Shown one piece after another: positions 30,511 to 40,471 of a DNA stretch of 64,000 bases. Every line of letters begins with the position of its first letter. Position 1 is the stretch's first letter. A program made the translations under genes and the position numbers. The stretch is from contig JAXLTI010000003.1 in the NCBI GenBank assembly GCA_046330135.1, positions 387,913 to 451,912 on the forward strand, in the 5' to 3' direction. The notes beneath the pieces were generated by a model that saw only the letters and a list, made by a program, of their open reading frames with translations, made no database searches and was not told the DNA's origin. This DNA comes from a bacterium. GTDB lineage: Bacteria; ARS69.

Positions 30511-33405
30511 ATGTTCAGCCGATTCTCCACGCTCGGGGCCCGGCGCCTGTCCGCGGCCGCCGGAGTCGCGGTTCTCGCCAGTGTCGCCTCGGCGGCGCTG
30601 GCGATCGCCGAAGAAGGCATCACCGGACGGGTCGTCAGCGCGGAAACGGGCCAGCCGGTGGGCTTCACCAGCATCGTCTACTCCCGCACGGCCCCGGACA
30701 CGACCGGCCCCCGGGGGGGCATCACCGCCCAGGGCGACGGGACGTTCCGCATCCGCGTCACGCCGGGAACGTACCAGCTGCAGCTCCAGCACATCGGCTT
30801 CGCCGTCGTGACCGTGTCCGACATCGTGGTGCAGGCGAACCGCATGACCGAGGTCAACCCTGCGCTCGGCTCCAAGACCGTGACGCTCGAGACCATCAAG
30901 GTGTCGGGGAAGGCCATCCGCAACACGGACATGGCCCTGATCGCGCGGCGCCAGCGCGCCGCCTCGGTCAGCGACGGCATCTCGGCCCAGCAGATCAAGG
31001 GCTCGACCGACGGCAATGCGGCGGAAGTGGTGACCCGCGTCACGGGCGTGTCGCTCGTGGACGGCAAGTACGTGTACGTGCGCGGCCTCGGCGAGCGCTA
31101 CAGCGCGGCCCAGGTGAACGGGACCCCGGTGGCGAGCCCCGAAGCGAACCGCAAGGTGCTGCCCTTCGACCTCTTCCCGTCCGGCCTCATCGACAACGTC
31201 GTGATCCAGAAGACCTACACGCCGGACCAGGCGGGGGAGTTCGGCGGCGGCGTCGTCAACGTGACGACCCTGGACTTCCCCGCGCAACGGGCCTGGAGCG
31301 TATCCGTCAGCTCGGGGTCGCAGAGCGAGACCACCGGGAAGGCGTTCGCCACGTACCCGGGCGGCCGCCGCGACTATCTCGGCTTCGACGACGGCACCCG
31401 CGCCCTCCCCTCGCTGATCACTGAGGTGGCCGGTGCCAAGCCGGTCCTGCCCAAGACGTTCACCTACCGCAACGGCTTCACGCCGGATCAGATCGCCGAG
31501 CTGGGGAAGTCGTTCAACAAGATCTGGTCGCCGACCTCCGAGAACGCTCGTCCCGCCTATGAAGGCGCCCTGTCCTACGGCGATCAGTTCGACATCCTGG
31601 GAATGCCGCTGGGCATCGTCGCGGCCGGCTCCCTGCGCAACACCTTCCACAACTACGACTACCACGTGACGGACTACGGGAGCCTGACCTCGAACGGGAC
31701 GCTCTCGAAGCTCAACGACTTCGCCGCCCGGCGCTCGCAGGCGGAGACCCTGCTGGGCGGACTGGTGAACATGGGGTGGCGGCTGAGCTCGTCGCACACG
31801 CTCAACCTGCGCGGCATGTACAACCGCTCGTCGGACGATCAGGTCCGCGTGGAGGAGGGACCCACGAGCGACCTGCCGATCCGCAGCAGACGGCTGCGTT
31901 ACGTGCAGCGCGGGCTGGTCACGGGCTCCGCGGGAATGACCCATCATCTCGCCCGGCTCGGGGCCAGCCAGCTCGACTGGCACGTGGACTACTCCCAGGC
32001 CGAGCAGGACGAGCCCGACCAGAGATCGTACACGTACGAGCTGCGCACCCGCGTCGACGCCGCGGGCGACACGACGAACGTGTACGAGCTGAGCCGCCGG
32101 ACCAAGAGCGCGGGCTTCGTGCGCATGTTCGGCCAGCTGCACGACTTCGACCGCAACTTCGCCGCCAACCTCGACGTCCCCTTCGAGCCGTGGGCGGGTC
32201 GGGAGAGCCACGCGAAGATCGGTTGGGCCATGCGCGACAAGGACCGCGTGGCGGAGACCCGCCGCCTCGCGTTCCGCAACCCGCAGATCCACCCCCCCGA
32301 CTACTCCCTGCCGCCCGACTCCCTCCTCACCGACGCGTCGATCGGAGGGACCAACTCGACGTTCCGCCTGGAGGAGGCGACGCGGCCGACCGACGGGTAC
32401 GTGGGCTCGCAGCTCGTGCAGGCCGGCTACGCCATGGTGGACCTGCCCCTCGGCTCGCGCACGCGGTTGATCGGCGGCGCGCGCGTCGAGGCGTGCCGGC
32501 AGGTCGTGAAGACCGGGAATCCCATCGTGGGCGCCCCCGCCGACAGCGTCGGCATCCTGGGCGGAGGGTTCGGCTACGTGACGGACGTGCTCCCCGCGGC
32601 CAACGTCCGCTTCGCCGTCACCGAGAAGGTGAATCTCCGAGGCGCGTACAGCCGTACCCTCAACCGGCCGGAGCTGCGCGAGATGAGCGGCGCCGAGTAC
32701 ACGGACTACGATCGGGACCGCGAGTACACCGGCAACACGAAGATCTCGGAAGCCACGATCGACGGCTGGGACCTTCGTTGCGAGGCGTTCCCCTCCGCGG
32801 ACGAGGTCCTCGCGGTCAGCGCCTTCCTGAAGAACATCCACGATCCCATCGAGTACAAGGTGGATCAGACGGCGTTGGGGACGGACTTCCTCCGCGTGCC
32901 GATCAACGGCACCCAGGGGTACGTGCGCGGCGTGGAGCTGGAGGCGCGCGTGGCCATGGCTCGCCTCGGGTCGGCCTTCCACCACTTCGGATTCAGCACC
33001 AACGTCACCTTCACCAAGTCGGAAGCCGAGCTCGCGATCGTTTCCACCCGGGGAGGACGTGTGAGACACCCGCTGACGGGGCAGTCGCCCTACATCGTGA
33101 ACGCCGGCATGGCCTACGCCGGGCACCGGTTGTCCGGAACGCTGCTCTACAACGTCTTCGGGAAGCGTCTGGAGGCATCCGGCCCCGTGGACGAGAACGG
33201 CAACCCCCTGATGCCGGACGTCTACGAGCAGCCGCGTCATACCCTGGACGTCGCCGGCACCGTCAGGTGGGGGGCGGCGAAGCTCAAGCTCTCCTTCGAG
33301 AACCTCCTCGACGCGAAGTACCGGACGGCGCAGGGGTCGCAGGACGGCGAGGTGCGGGACCTCGGCCGGTCGATCTCGCTCGCGCTCAGCATGGGGACCT
33401 CGTGA
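30511..33405 (+). CDS. TonB-dependent outer-membrane receptor with an N-terminal carboxypeptidase-regulatory-like domain
   Basis: MFSRFSTLG... carries the signal. The domain ITGRVVSAETGQPV...GTYQLQLQHIGF follows, then the plug (DGISAQQIKGSTDGNAAEVVTRVTGVSL..YVYVRGLGERY) and a long beta-barrel. Confidence 0.85.
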   Translation: MFSRFSTLGARRLSAAAGVAVLASVASAALAIAEEGITGRVVSAETGQPVGFTSIVYSRTAPDTTGPRGGITAQGDGTFRIRVTPGTYQLQLQHIGFAVVTVSDIVVQANRMTEVNPALGSKTVTLETIKVSGKAIRNTDMALIARRQRAASVSDGISAQQIKGSTDGNAAEVVTRVTGVSLVDGKYVYVRGLGERYSAAQVNGTPVASPEANRKVLPFDLFPSGLIDNVVIQKTYTPDQAGEFGGGVVNVTTLDFPAQRAWSVSVSSGSQSETTGKAFATYPGGRRDYLGFDDGTRALPSLITEVAGAKPVLPKTFTYRNGFTPDQIAELGKSFNKIWSPTSENARPAYEGALSYGDQFDILGMPLGIVAAGSLRNTFHNYDYHVTDYGSLTSNGTLSKLNDFAARRSQAETLLGGLVNMGWRLSSSHTLNLRGMYNRSSDDQVRVEEGPTSDLPIRSRRLRYVQRGLVTGSAGMTHHLARLGASQLDWHVDYSQAEQDEPDQRSYTYELRTRVDAAGDTTNVYELSRRTKSAGFVRMFGQLHDFDRNFAANLDVPFEPWAGRESHAKIGWAMRDKDRVAETRRLAFRNPQIHPPDYSLPPDSLLTDASIGGTNSTFRLEEATRPTDGYVGSQLVQAGYAMVDLPLGSRTRLIGGARVEACRQVVKTGNPIVGAPADSVGILGGGFGYVTDVLPAANVRFAVTEKVNLRGAYSRTLNRPELREMSGAEYTDYDRDREYTGNTKISEATIDGWDLRCEAFPSADEVLAVSAFLKNIHDPIEYKVDQTALGTDFLRVPINGTQGYVRGVELEARVAMARLGSAFHHFGFSTNVTFTKSEAELAIVSTRGGRVRHPLTGQSPYIVNAGMAYAGHRLSGTLLYNVFGKRLEASGPVDENGNPLMPDVYEQPRHTLDVAGTVRWGAAKLKLSFENLLDAKYRTAQGSQDGEVRDLGRSISLALSMGTS

Positions 33406-34322
33406 TGCGCCCGGCGAACTTGGCGACGGTCGTCCTCGCCGCATGCGCGCTCGGCGCGCACACGGGGTGCTCGTCGCGCGCCGGCGAGAGTGCCCGTTCG
33501 AAGTCGTCCACGTCCGGGGAGACGGCGGCCGCGACGTCCGCCCCGGCGATGGCCAGCACCTCCCCCGCGCCCTCGTCGACGCCGGCGGTCGCCGACCCGC
33601 TGGTCGCCACGAGCACGACGGCAGCGTCGGCCAATGCCCTCGCGGTCGCGGTCGCCGCGAGCGCCCCGGCCGACCCGACCCCGACGACCAGTGCCGCGTC
33701 CGCGGGCACGTCGATCTCCGTGCCGCCGGAGCTGCGTCGGCCGTATCGCAACGACATTCCCATGGCGCCCATGGGACAGCCCAAGCGCCGCTCGATGCTC
33801 GACGGCAAGACCGGCGTGGGCCGGACGGTGGACGAGGAGGCGGACGCCGTCGCGCGGGGCCGGCGCGCCGTTCCGCGCCGCGACGACTTCTCGCTGTCAC
33901 GCACCTTCGACACGCCGGAGGCGTGCGCGCAGGATCTGCTGGACGCCCTGCTGACGCGCGACCCGAAAGTGGTCCACGGCGTCCACGTGACCAAGGACGA
34001 GTACGAGAAGCTCCTGTGGCCGGAGTTTCCCCAGAGCCGGCCCATCGTGCACGAGCCGGTCGACGAGGCGTTCTTCTTCTACTGGTCCGACTGCAACAAG
34101 GGCGTCAACACGGGGCTCTCCACGTGGGGCGGCATTCCGCTTCACGTCGTCCGCGTGCGCTTCGACGAGGGCTTCGCGCCCTTCACGAACTTCAACCTCT
34201 ACGAAGGTGCGGTGATCGAGGCGACCGACGACAAGGGCCGGAAAGCCGAGGTGAACATCGCGCCGGTGTTCGTGGAGAGAAACGGGCACTGGAAGGTGTA
34301 CGTGATGAAGGACAAGGCCTGA
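33405..34322 (+). CDS. Lipoprotein of unknown function, co-transcribed with the TonB receptor
   Basis: The ATG overlaps the receptor stop (TGATG). It has a lipobox VVLAAC, a Ser/Thr/Ala/Pro-rich linker and a roughly 130-aa globular C-terminal domain. Confidence 0.65.
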   Translation: MRPANLATVVLAACALGAHTGCSSRAGESARSKSSTSGETAAATSAPAMASTSPAPSSTPAVADPLVATSTTAASANALAVAVAASAPADPTPTTSAASAGTSISVPPELRRPYRNDIPMAPMGQPKRRSMLDGKTGVGRTVDEEADAVARGRRAVPRRDDFSLSRTFDTPEACAQDLLDALLTRDPKVVHGVHVTKDEYEKLLWPEFPQSRPIVHEPVDEAFFFYWSDCNKGVNTGLSTWGGIPLHVVRVRFDEGFAPFTNFNLYEGAVIEATDDKGRKAEVNIAPVFVERNGHWKVYVMKDKA

Positions 34323-34351
34323 CGTCGTCGGAAGCCTCTCGCGACGTCGAC

Positions 34352-34385
34352 GCCCCCCGGACCTCGTGTCCGGGGGGCTTTCGCG
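34352..34385. terminator. Bidirectional stem-loop between convergent genes
   Basis: gccccccgg-acctcgtgt-ccggggggc followed by tttcgcg. Confidence 0.5.
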
Positions 34386-34408
34386 TGCGCGCCGACGGCC
34401 CGGAGGCG

Positions 34409-35191
34409 TCAGGCGCTCGTGAGGCGGATCACGGCGAAGATGGCGCCGCCCGGATCGGCGAGGAACGCCATGCGTCCCACGGTGGGCACGTCCATCGCCG
34501 GCGCGACGACCTTTCCGCCGAGGCGCTCCGCCTTCGCCACGGTGGCGTCGCAGTCCTCGACCGAGAAGTAGATCGTCCAGTGCGACGGGACCGCGTCGGC
34601 GCCTTCGGGACATTGCATGAGCCCGCCCACGGACAGCTCGCCGTTCTTGAAGATCGTGTAGTCCATGGCCCCGAGGAACGTCTCGAGCGTCCAGGAGAAG
34701 AGCGCCGCGTAGAACGCTCCCGCCTCGGCCTTGTCCGTCGACGTCAGCTCGTACCAGCACGGAGTGCCGATCTCCCCCATCGCGGCGGCGCCGGCGTGCT
34801 CGTGCGGCTCCCACATCGCGAACGTGCCGCCGGTGGGATCCTGCACCACCGCCATGCGGCCGGCGGTCATCACGTCGAAGGGACCCATGACCACGCGGCC
34901 GCCGAGCTCCGTGGCCTTCTGGGCCGCGTCGTCGACCTTCGCGACCTTCACGTACGCGAGCCAGTGCGGCGGCACGCCCCGGTCGAGCATGTCCCTCGAA
35001 AGCTCGTACAGCCCGCCGAGATTCCGGCCGTCGATCTCGAGCATGGTGTAGGCGCCCGCGTCGCCCGCCGGCATCTCGCGCGCGGTCCATCCGAAGAGAT
35101 CCCCGTAGAACTTCGTGGCGACGCGGGCGTTCGCCGTGCCGACCTCGCACCAGCAGAACGTTCCCGGCGCCAGGACCTTGGTATCCGTCAT
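34409..35191 (-). CDS. VOC-family (glyoxalase/bleomycin-resistance fold) protein, tandem domains
   Basis: ATG 35191 with RBS gaggagg. The protein starts MTDTKVLAPGTFCWCEVGT...FYGDLFGW. A second repeat reads CWYELTSTD...FYAALFSW. Confidence 0.8.
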   Translation of the reverse strand: MTDTKVLAPGTFCWCEVGTANARVATKFYGDLFGWTAREMPAGDAGAYTMLEIDGRNLGGLYELSRDMLDRGVPPHWLAYVKVAKVDDAAQKATELGGRVVMGPFDVMTAGRMAVVQDPTGGTFAMWEPHEHAGAAAMGEIGTPCWYELTSTDKAEAGAFYAALFSWTLETFLGAMDYTIFKNGELSVGGLMQCPEGADAVPSHWTIYFSVEDCDATVAKAERLGGKVVAPAMDVPTVGRMAFLADPGGAIFAVIRLTSA

Positions 35192-35359
35192 CTTCGCCTC
35201 CTCGCGATCCGGGGGGGTCGTCCTCGAGCGCACTCCCGAAGGAGGGGGAAGCGGACGACGCGGGCATTCTAGCGGATGGGAAGGCGCGGGCGGAGGTAGA
35301 GTGCACCGTGGAGTCCTCGTCGCGGGAAGCGGGCGCCTCCGAGCGGCACGAAGGGGTCG

Positions 35360-36088
35360 ATGTCGATGCGCTGGTTCGTCGGTGACGTCCACGGGTGTGC
35401 CCGCGAGCTGGACGCGTTGCTGGCGGGCGTCCGCTTCGACCCCGCCCGCGACCAGCTCTGGACGGTCGGGGACCTCGTGAACCGCGGGCCGGACTCGGCC
35501 GCCGCTCTGCGACTCTGGCGCGATCTCGGCGGGCGCGGCGTCGTTGGGAATCACGACCTCTACGCGCTGCGCGCCTGGGAGGGCGCGATCCCCCGCGAAG
35601 CCGACGACACGCTCGCGGACCTGTTCGCCGCGCCCGACGCGCCGGAGCTGGTCGCGAGGCTGGCGAGGCTCCCCGGGCTCGTCCTCTTGCCGGGCCCGCC
35701 CGAGGGCGGAATCTGCCTCGTGCACGCGGGACTCCATCCGCAGTGGACCGATCTGGCGGCCGTGGCGCGCCGCCTCGGCGAGGGCGCCGCACAGGCGGGA
35801 CGCCGCGACGACGACGCGCTCCGCTTCGCGACGCTCGTGCGCTGCTGTACGAAGGACGGCGCGCGCTCGAGGTGGGCGGGCGCCCCCGAGGAGTGCCCCC
35901 CGCCGGCGCGGCCCTGGGACGAGCACTATTCGGGCGACCGCTTCGTCGTCCACGGGCACTGGGCGAAGCGCGGCGTGCACCGGACGTCGCGCGTGCTGGG
36001 CCTCGACTCCGCGTGCGCGTGGGGCGGGCCGCTCACGGCGTGGTGCGCGGAGGAGGACCGCCTGGTCCAGGTGCCGGCGAAGGGGTGA
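35360..36088 (+). CDS. apaH: Metallophosphoesterase, symmetrical bis(5'-nucleosyl)-tetraphosphatase (ApaH)-like
   Basis: Motifs: RWFVGDVHGC, VGDLVNRGPDS, GNHD, HAG and HGH. Confidence 0.7.
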   Translation: MSMRWFVGDVHGCARELDALLAGVRFDPARDQLWTVGDLVNRGPDSAAALRLWRDLGGRGVVGNHDLYALRAWEGAIPREADDTLADLFAAPDAPELVARLARLPGLVLLPGPPEGGICLVHAGLHPQWTDLAAVARRLGEGAAQAGRRDDDALRFATLVRCCTKDGARSRWAGAPEECPPPARPWDEHYSGDRFVVHGHWAKRGVHRTSRVLGLDSACAWGGPLTAWCAEEDRLVQVPAKG

Positions 36089-37562
36089 CGGCGGCCGCTC
36101 GGCGCGCGGACTCGAGCGCCTGCCGCATCGGCTCGGAGTCCGGGCGCAGCGCGACCGCGCGCTCCAGGGCCGGAATCGCCTCCCGCGCGCGACCCATCGC
36201 CACGAGCGTCACCCCGAAGTTCAGCTGCGCCTCGGCCAGCTCGGGATCGAGCCGTGCCGCCTGCGCGAACTCGAGGAGCGCCTCCGGCCGCCGCCCGAGC
36301 GTGCGCAGCGCCACGCCGAGGTTGTGGTGCGCCTCCGCGAGGCGCGGATCTTCCGCCAGCGCGCGCCCGTAGACGTCCACGGCGTCCTGCGTGCGGCCCT
36401 TCTGCAGGAGCATGTTGCCGAGGTTCACGAGCCGCCGCGTGTCGGGCACGGCGCTCGCCCCGAGCGCGCGCGCCGCCGCCACCGCGGCGTCGTCGAGGTG
36501 CCCGGGCGCGCCCGGTCGCCACTCCCCCGCGACCCGCGGCACCTCTTCCTTCAGAGCCTGCGCGGCGAGGCGGCATCCCTCGGGGTTCGGGTGGATCCGA
36601 TCCCCGATGGTGTACAGCTTCCGCGGCGTGACGCCCCCACCGCGCGCCGCGAAGTCCTTCGCGAAGTACGGGGAGAACCGGAACGAAGGAATCGCGAGCG
36701 AGCGGCAGAGCGCCTCCTCCACCAGCTCGTCCGGCCGGCCCGGCATGGGCGGAGAGTCCTCGAGGCCGTCGTCCGCGAAGCGCGGCCAGATCGCGACGAT
36801 CGGAACGAAGCCGTGCGCGCGCGCGAGGTCCGCGAAGAGCGAGAGCCCGTCCACGACGTTGTCGTCGCCGATCGCCTCGGCGTTCCAGCGTCCGGGATCC
36901 ACCTGCGCGCGATAGCCGAAGAGATCGAGGCGCGTGGCGAGCGCGCGGAACGCGTGCGATCGCGGGAAGAGCCACTCGACCGCCGCCGGCCGCTTCGACG
37001 CGGCCGCCAGCTGGAACGCCTGCCGGTTGAAGTTGTCGAAGTCGGCGCGGGAGAAGACGAGCACCACCACGTCGGGCTGGAAGGCGAGACCCTTCACGCG
37101 CAGCAGCTCCACCTTGGCCCGCGTGCAATAAGCGCTCACGCCGAAGTTCAGCACCTCCGTGCCGTCGCCGAGCGCGCGCTCGTATTGCCGGGACATCGTG
37201 TCGTCGAGGTCGCGGATGCCGACCCCCTCGACCACGGATGCCCCGAGCAGGAGGATGCGCTTCACGCCCGGCGGCTTGGCGAGCGTGCGCTCGACGTCGC
37301 GCTGGCCCTGCGCGTTCGTGGAAGGGTAGCTGCGCACGAGATCCGCGTTCGGATCGCGCCAATTCGCCTTCAGCTCGAAGCCGAGGATGGGATTGGTCGA
37401 GCGGCGGTAGACCGTGTCGTCGCTGGTGACGTCGATGAAGCGGACGTCGGGCGCGAGGTGGAGCAGGCGCACCGCCACCTCCGCGAGCGGAAGGGCGAAG
37501 ACCAGCGCGAGCCCCGCCACCGCGGCGGCGCCGCGCCCGGAGGACGAAGCGCCGCGCGTCAC
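36033..37562 (-). CDS. Membrane-anchored SGNH/GDSL-like hydrolase fused to C-terminal TPR repeats
   Basis: An N-terminal TM segment, then ILLLGASVVEG, ...DRIHPNPEG, and then TPR repeats (NLGNMLLQKGRTQDAVDVYGRALAEDPRLAEAHHNLGVAL...). Confidence 0.7.
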   Translation of the reverse strand: MTRGASSSGRGAAAVAGLALVFALPLAEVAVRLLHLAPDVRFIDVTSDDTVYRRSTNPILGFELKANWRDPNADLVRSYPSTNAQGQRDVERTLAKPPGVKRILLLGASVVEGVGIRDLDDTMSRQYERALGDGTEVLNFGVSAYCTRAKVELLRVKGLAFQPDVVVLVFSRADFDNFNRQAFQLAAASKRPAAVEWLFPRSHAFRALATRLDLFGYRAQVDPGRWNAEAIGDDNVVDGLSLFADLARAHGFVPIVAIWPRFADDGLEDSPPMPGRPDELVEEALCRSLAIPSFRFSPYFAKDFAARGGGVTPRKLYTIGDRIHPNPEGCRLAAQALKEEVPRVAGEWRPGAPGHLDDAAVAAARALGASAVPDTRRLVNLGNMLLQKGRTQDAVDVYGRALAEDPRLAEAHHNLGVALRTLGRRPEALLEFAQAARLDPELAEAQLNFGVTLVAMGRAREAIPALERAVALRPDSEPMRQALESARRAAAVTPSPAPGPGGPPPRTTP

Positions 37563-37587
37563 GCGAGGGGCCTCCGCTCCACGGGGG

Positions 37588-37731
37588 TCAGTGGAGGAGG
37601 TACTGGAACGGCTGCGGCTGCGAGCCGAAGAAGTCCAGCAGCACGATGACGAGAAGCAGGACCGCGGCGATCACGACGGCCGCGATCGCCGCCCGCACGA
37701 CCAGACGCCTGGGACCTTGCGCTGCGGTCAC
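37588..37731 (-). CDS. Possible 47-aa single-pass membrane micro-protein
   Basis: The GTG overlaps the upstream stop (GTGA). It reads VTAAQGPRRLVVRAAIAAVVIAAVLLLVIVLLDFFGSQPQPFQYLLH. It is too short for the ORF track, and the only support is coupling plus a clean TM helix. Confidence 0.35.
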   Translation of the reverse strand: MTAAQGPRRLVVRAAIAAVVIAAVLLLVIVLLDFFGSQPQPFQYLLH

Positions 37732-38789
37732 GGCCGGCGCTCCTCCCCCGCTCCGCTCGGCAGCACGTGCCGGAGGAAGATCCTCGGATCGATCGCGTGA
37801 CGGATCGCGTCGGCGATGATCGCGTGGCCTTTCGCGTTCGGGTGCACGTCATTATAGGCGACGCGGATGGAGGCGGGGTCCACGTCGAGGAACGCGGCGG
37901 TCGCGTCGACGACGATGGCGCCCTCGTCCTGCGCCTTCCGCGACACCTCGCGGTAGATGGCGTCGAAGGGGCCGCCGCGCCCGAAGCCGTGGAACTCCGG
38001 GAGAACCACGAAGACCCACGGCACGCCGTGCGCGCGCGTCCACTCGCCGACCCCGCGCAGCGCGTCGTCGAAACCCGCGAGGCCCGCGGCGCCGGGCCGG
38101 TACAGCCCGCGGTAGTAGTCCACGTAGGTGGCGCGCTCGCCCGCGCGCCGGCGCAGGAGGTCGGTCTTCGCCCAGAAGAACACGGCGGTCTGGAAGCGGC
38201 CGTACCACGGCAGGTCCCGGTGGGGCGGCGTGGGCTCGGCGTCGTTCACGTACCAGACCTGGATCACGCCGTCGATCCGCTCGTCGGCGAAGTTCTCGAC
38301 GAGGAGCGCGCGCTCCTGCGCCGAGTTGTAGTTCCCGTGGCCGGTGTTGATGAGGTCGACCGACCGCCCGAGGTCCTTCGACCAGTCGTTCTCGAGGATC
38401 TCCGAGAAGCGCTTGCCGTACGGCACGCCCCATCCGAACGTGATCGAGTCGCCGATCAGCGCCACGCGCACGGCCGCGCTCTGCGGAACGTCGCGGTAGC
38501 CGCGCCCGTCGATGGCGACGTCCACGCCCATGAGCCGCGCGTGCGCGCGTGGCGCGTGCCGGAAGCTCGTGGCGGAGCCGGGCGCGGCCTTCTTCATGAG
38601 CTGGGCGTAGCGCACGAACTCCACGTCGGCGTTCGGCGTGATCCGCGAGTAGAGGCGCAGTCCGCCTTCCAGGAGCGCGAAGGCGAGGCCCAGGCCGACC
38701 ACGACCGCGAGCACGCCCGAGAGGATTCGCCGCCCGGCAAGGGCGCGGCCGGCGCTTCCTCCGGTCGGTCCGGGCTCGCTTGGCGGCAA
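37728..38789 (-). CDS. Membrane-anchored SGNH/GDSL-family hydrolase
   Basis: TM anchor, then VALIGDSITFGWG (block I GDS), NTGHGNYNS and NDVHPNAKGH (block V DxxH). Confidence 0.75.
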   Translation of the reverse strand: MPPSEPGPTGGSAGRALAGRRILSGVLAVVVGLGLAFALLEGGLRLYSRITPNADVEFVRYAQLMKKAAPGSATSFRHAPRAHARLMGVDVAIDGRGYRDVPQSAAVRVALIGDSITFGWGVPYGKRFSEILENDWSKDLGRSVDLINTGHGNYNSAQERALLVENFADERIDGVIQVWYVNDAEPTPPHRDLPWYGRFQTAVFFWAKTDLLRRRAGERATYVDYYRGLYRPGAAGLAGFDDALRGVGEWTRAHGVPWVFVVLPEFHGFGRGGPFDAIYREVSRKAQDEGAIVVDATAAFLDVDPASIRVAYNDVHPNAKGHAIIADAIRHAIDPRIFLRHVLPSGAGEERRP

Positions 38790-38992
38790 CGTCGCACTCC
38801 TCTTCCCGGCGCCCCGAGCGCTCGGCGCGCGAGCCTAGGTTCGCCGCCGAGATGCCGTCAAGCGAGGCACGGGGTCTCGAGCCGCACCCGTGCCTGCTGC
38901 GGGGCGGCCTTCCGCGCTCGGGCGACGCTCGGGTATGATCCTCGCCCGCCGAACGCCGCACCGACGCGGCACCGGCGTCCCGCGAGGCAGCC

Positions 38993-40390
38993 GTGACCTC
39001 TCCCGTCTCCCGACCGCTCCGTTCCGTCAACCCCTCCACCGGCCGCACGATCCGTGACTGGCCGGAGACCTCCGCCGAGGGCGTGGACGCCATCCTCGCG
39101 TCGACCGAGCGCGCGTCCCGCGCGTGGGCCGAGACCACGTTCGCCGAGCGCGCGGCACCCGTTCGCGCCGCGGCGCGTCTCCTGCGCCAGCGCGCGGACG
39201 ATCTCGCGCGGCTCATGGCCGAGGAGATGGGCAAGCCGATCCCTCAGGGGCGCGCGGAGGCGCAGAAGTCGGCGGCCGCGTGCGACCACTTCGCGGAGCA
39301 CGCGGAGGCCTTCCTCGCTCCGGAGCCCGCCGCGGGCTCTCCGCCCGGCTGGCGGGAGAGCGTCGTCTTCCGGCCGCTCGGGCCGGTGCTCGCGATCATG
39401 CCGTGGAACTTCCCCTTCTGGCAGGTCTTCCGGTGCGCCGCGCCGGCGCTGATGGCCGGCAACGCCGTGGTCCTCAAGCACGCGGAGACCGTCCAGGGCT
39501 GCGCCCAGGCGATCGAGGAGCTGATGCACGCGACCGGCCTGCCGGAGGCGCTCTTCCGGGTCGTGCGCGTGGCGGTCGAGCGGATCCCCGACGTCGTGCG
39601 GCACCCGGCGATCCGGGCCGTCTCGTTCACGGGCTCCACGCGGGCGGGTCGATCCGTCGCCGAGGCAGCCGGCTCGGCGCTCAAGCGGACGGTGCTCGAG
39701 CTGGGCGGGAGCGATCCGTACGTGGTGCTGTCGGACGCGGACGTCGACCGCGCCGTCGACGCGTGCGTGACGGCGCGCCTCCTGAACGGGGGCCAGTCGT
39801 GCATCTCGGGCAAGCGCTTCGTCGTGTCGCGGGCCGCGCTCGCGCCCTTCACGGAGGGAGTCGTGGAGACGATGCGGACGAAGCGCTGGGGCGATCCGCT
39901 GGCCGACGAGACCGTCGACCTCGGGCCGCTCGCGCGCCGCGACCTCCGCGACGTCTTGCACGCGCAGGTTCGCGGCAGCGTCGCGCGCGGCGCGCGTCTC
40001 CTGCTCGGCGGCGAGGTGCCGGACTCGCCCGGCTTCTTCTACCCGCCCACCGTCCTCGCCGACGTCGCCCCGGGCATGCCTGCCTACGACGAGGAGACGT
40101 TCGGCCCGGCGGCCGCGATCCTCCCGGCGGAAGACGACGAGGCCGCCCTGGCGATCGCGAACGACACGGCCTACGGCCTCGGCGCGGCGATCTTCACGCG
40201 CGACGTCGCGCGGGGCGAGCGCCTCGCGCGCGAGCGCCTGGAGGCCGGCAGCTGCTTCGTGAACGACTTCGTGCGCTCCGACCCGCGGCTCCCCTTCGGC
40301 GGCGTGAAGGAATCCGGCTGGGGCCGCGAGCTGTCCGCGTGGGGCATTCGGGAGTTCGTGTACGCGAAGTCGCTCGTCATCACCGGGTAG
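38993..40390 (+). CDS. NAD(P)-dependent aldehyde dehydrogenase, succinate-semialdehyde dehydrogenase-like
   Basis: Motifs: MPWNFPFWQ, VSFTGSTRAG, LELGGSDP (catalytic Glu), GQSCISGKR (catalytic Cys) and EETFGP. Confidence 0.85.
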   Translation: MTSPVSRPLRSVNPSTGRTIRDWPETSAEGVDAILASTERASRAWAETTFAERAAPVRAAARLLRQRADDLARLMAEEMGKPIPQGRAEAQKSAAACDHFAEHAEAFLAPEPAAGSPPGWRESVVFRPLGPVLAIMPWNFPFWQVFRCAAPALMAGNAVVLKHAETVQGCAQAIEELMHATGLPEALFRVVRVAVERIPDVVRHPAIRAVSFTGSTRAGRSVAEAAGSALKRTVLELGGSDPYVVLSDADVDRAVDACVTARLLNGGQSCISGKRFVVSRAALAPFTEGVVETMRTKRWGDPLADETVDLGPLARRDLRDVLHAQVRGSVARGARLLLGGEVPDSPGFFYPPTVLADVAPGMPAYDEETFGPAAAILPAEDDEAALAIANDTAYGLGAAIFTRDVARGERLARERLEAGSCFVNDFVRSDPRLPFGGVKESGWGRELSAWGIREFVYAKSLVITG

Positions 40391-40471
40391 CTGCAGGCCG
40401 CGCGCAACGCGCACCGCCGGGCCGGTCGAGCCCGGATCTCCGAGCGTTCGCACGCCGAGCGTTCGCGGGGG

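Noticed and set aside
28693-33900. Minus-strand ORFs of 558 aa (28693-30369) and 1158 aa (30424-33900).
   Set aside because: They are antisense to the CTD protein and the TonB receptor, both of which have clear signatures. Their composition is that of shadow ORFs.
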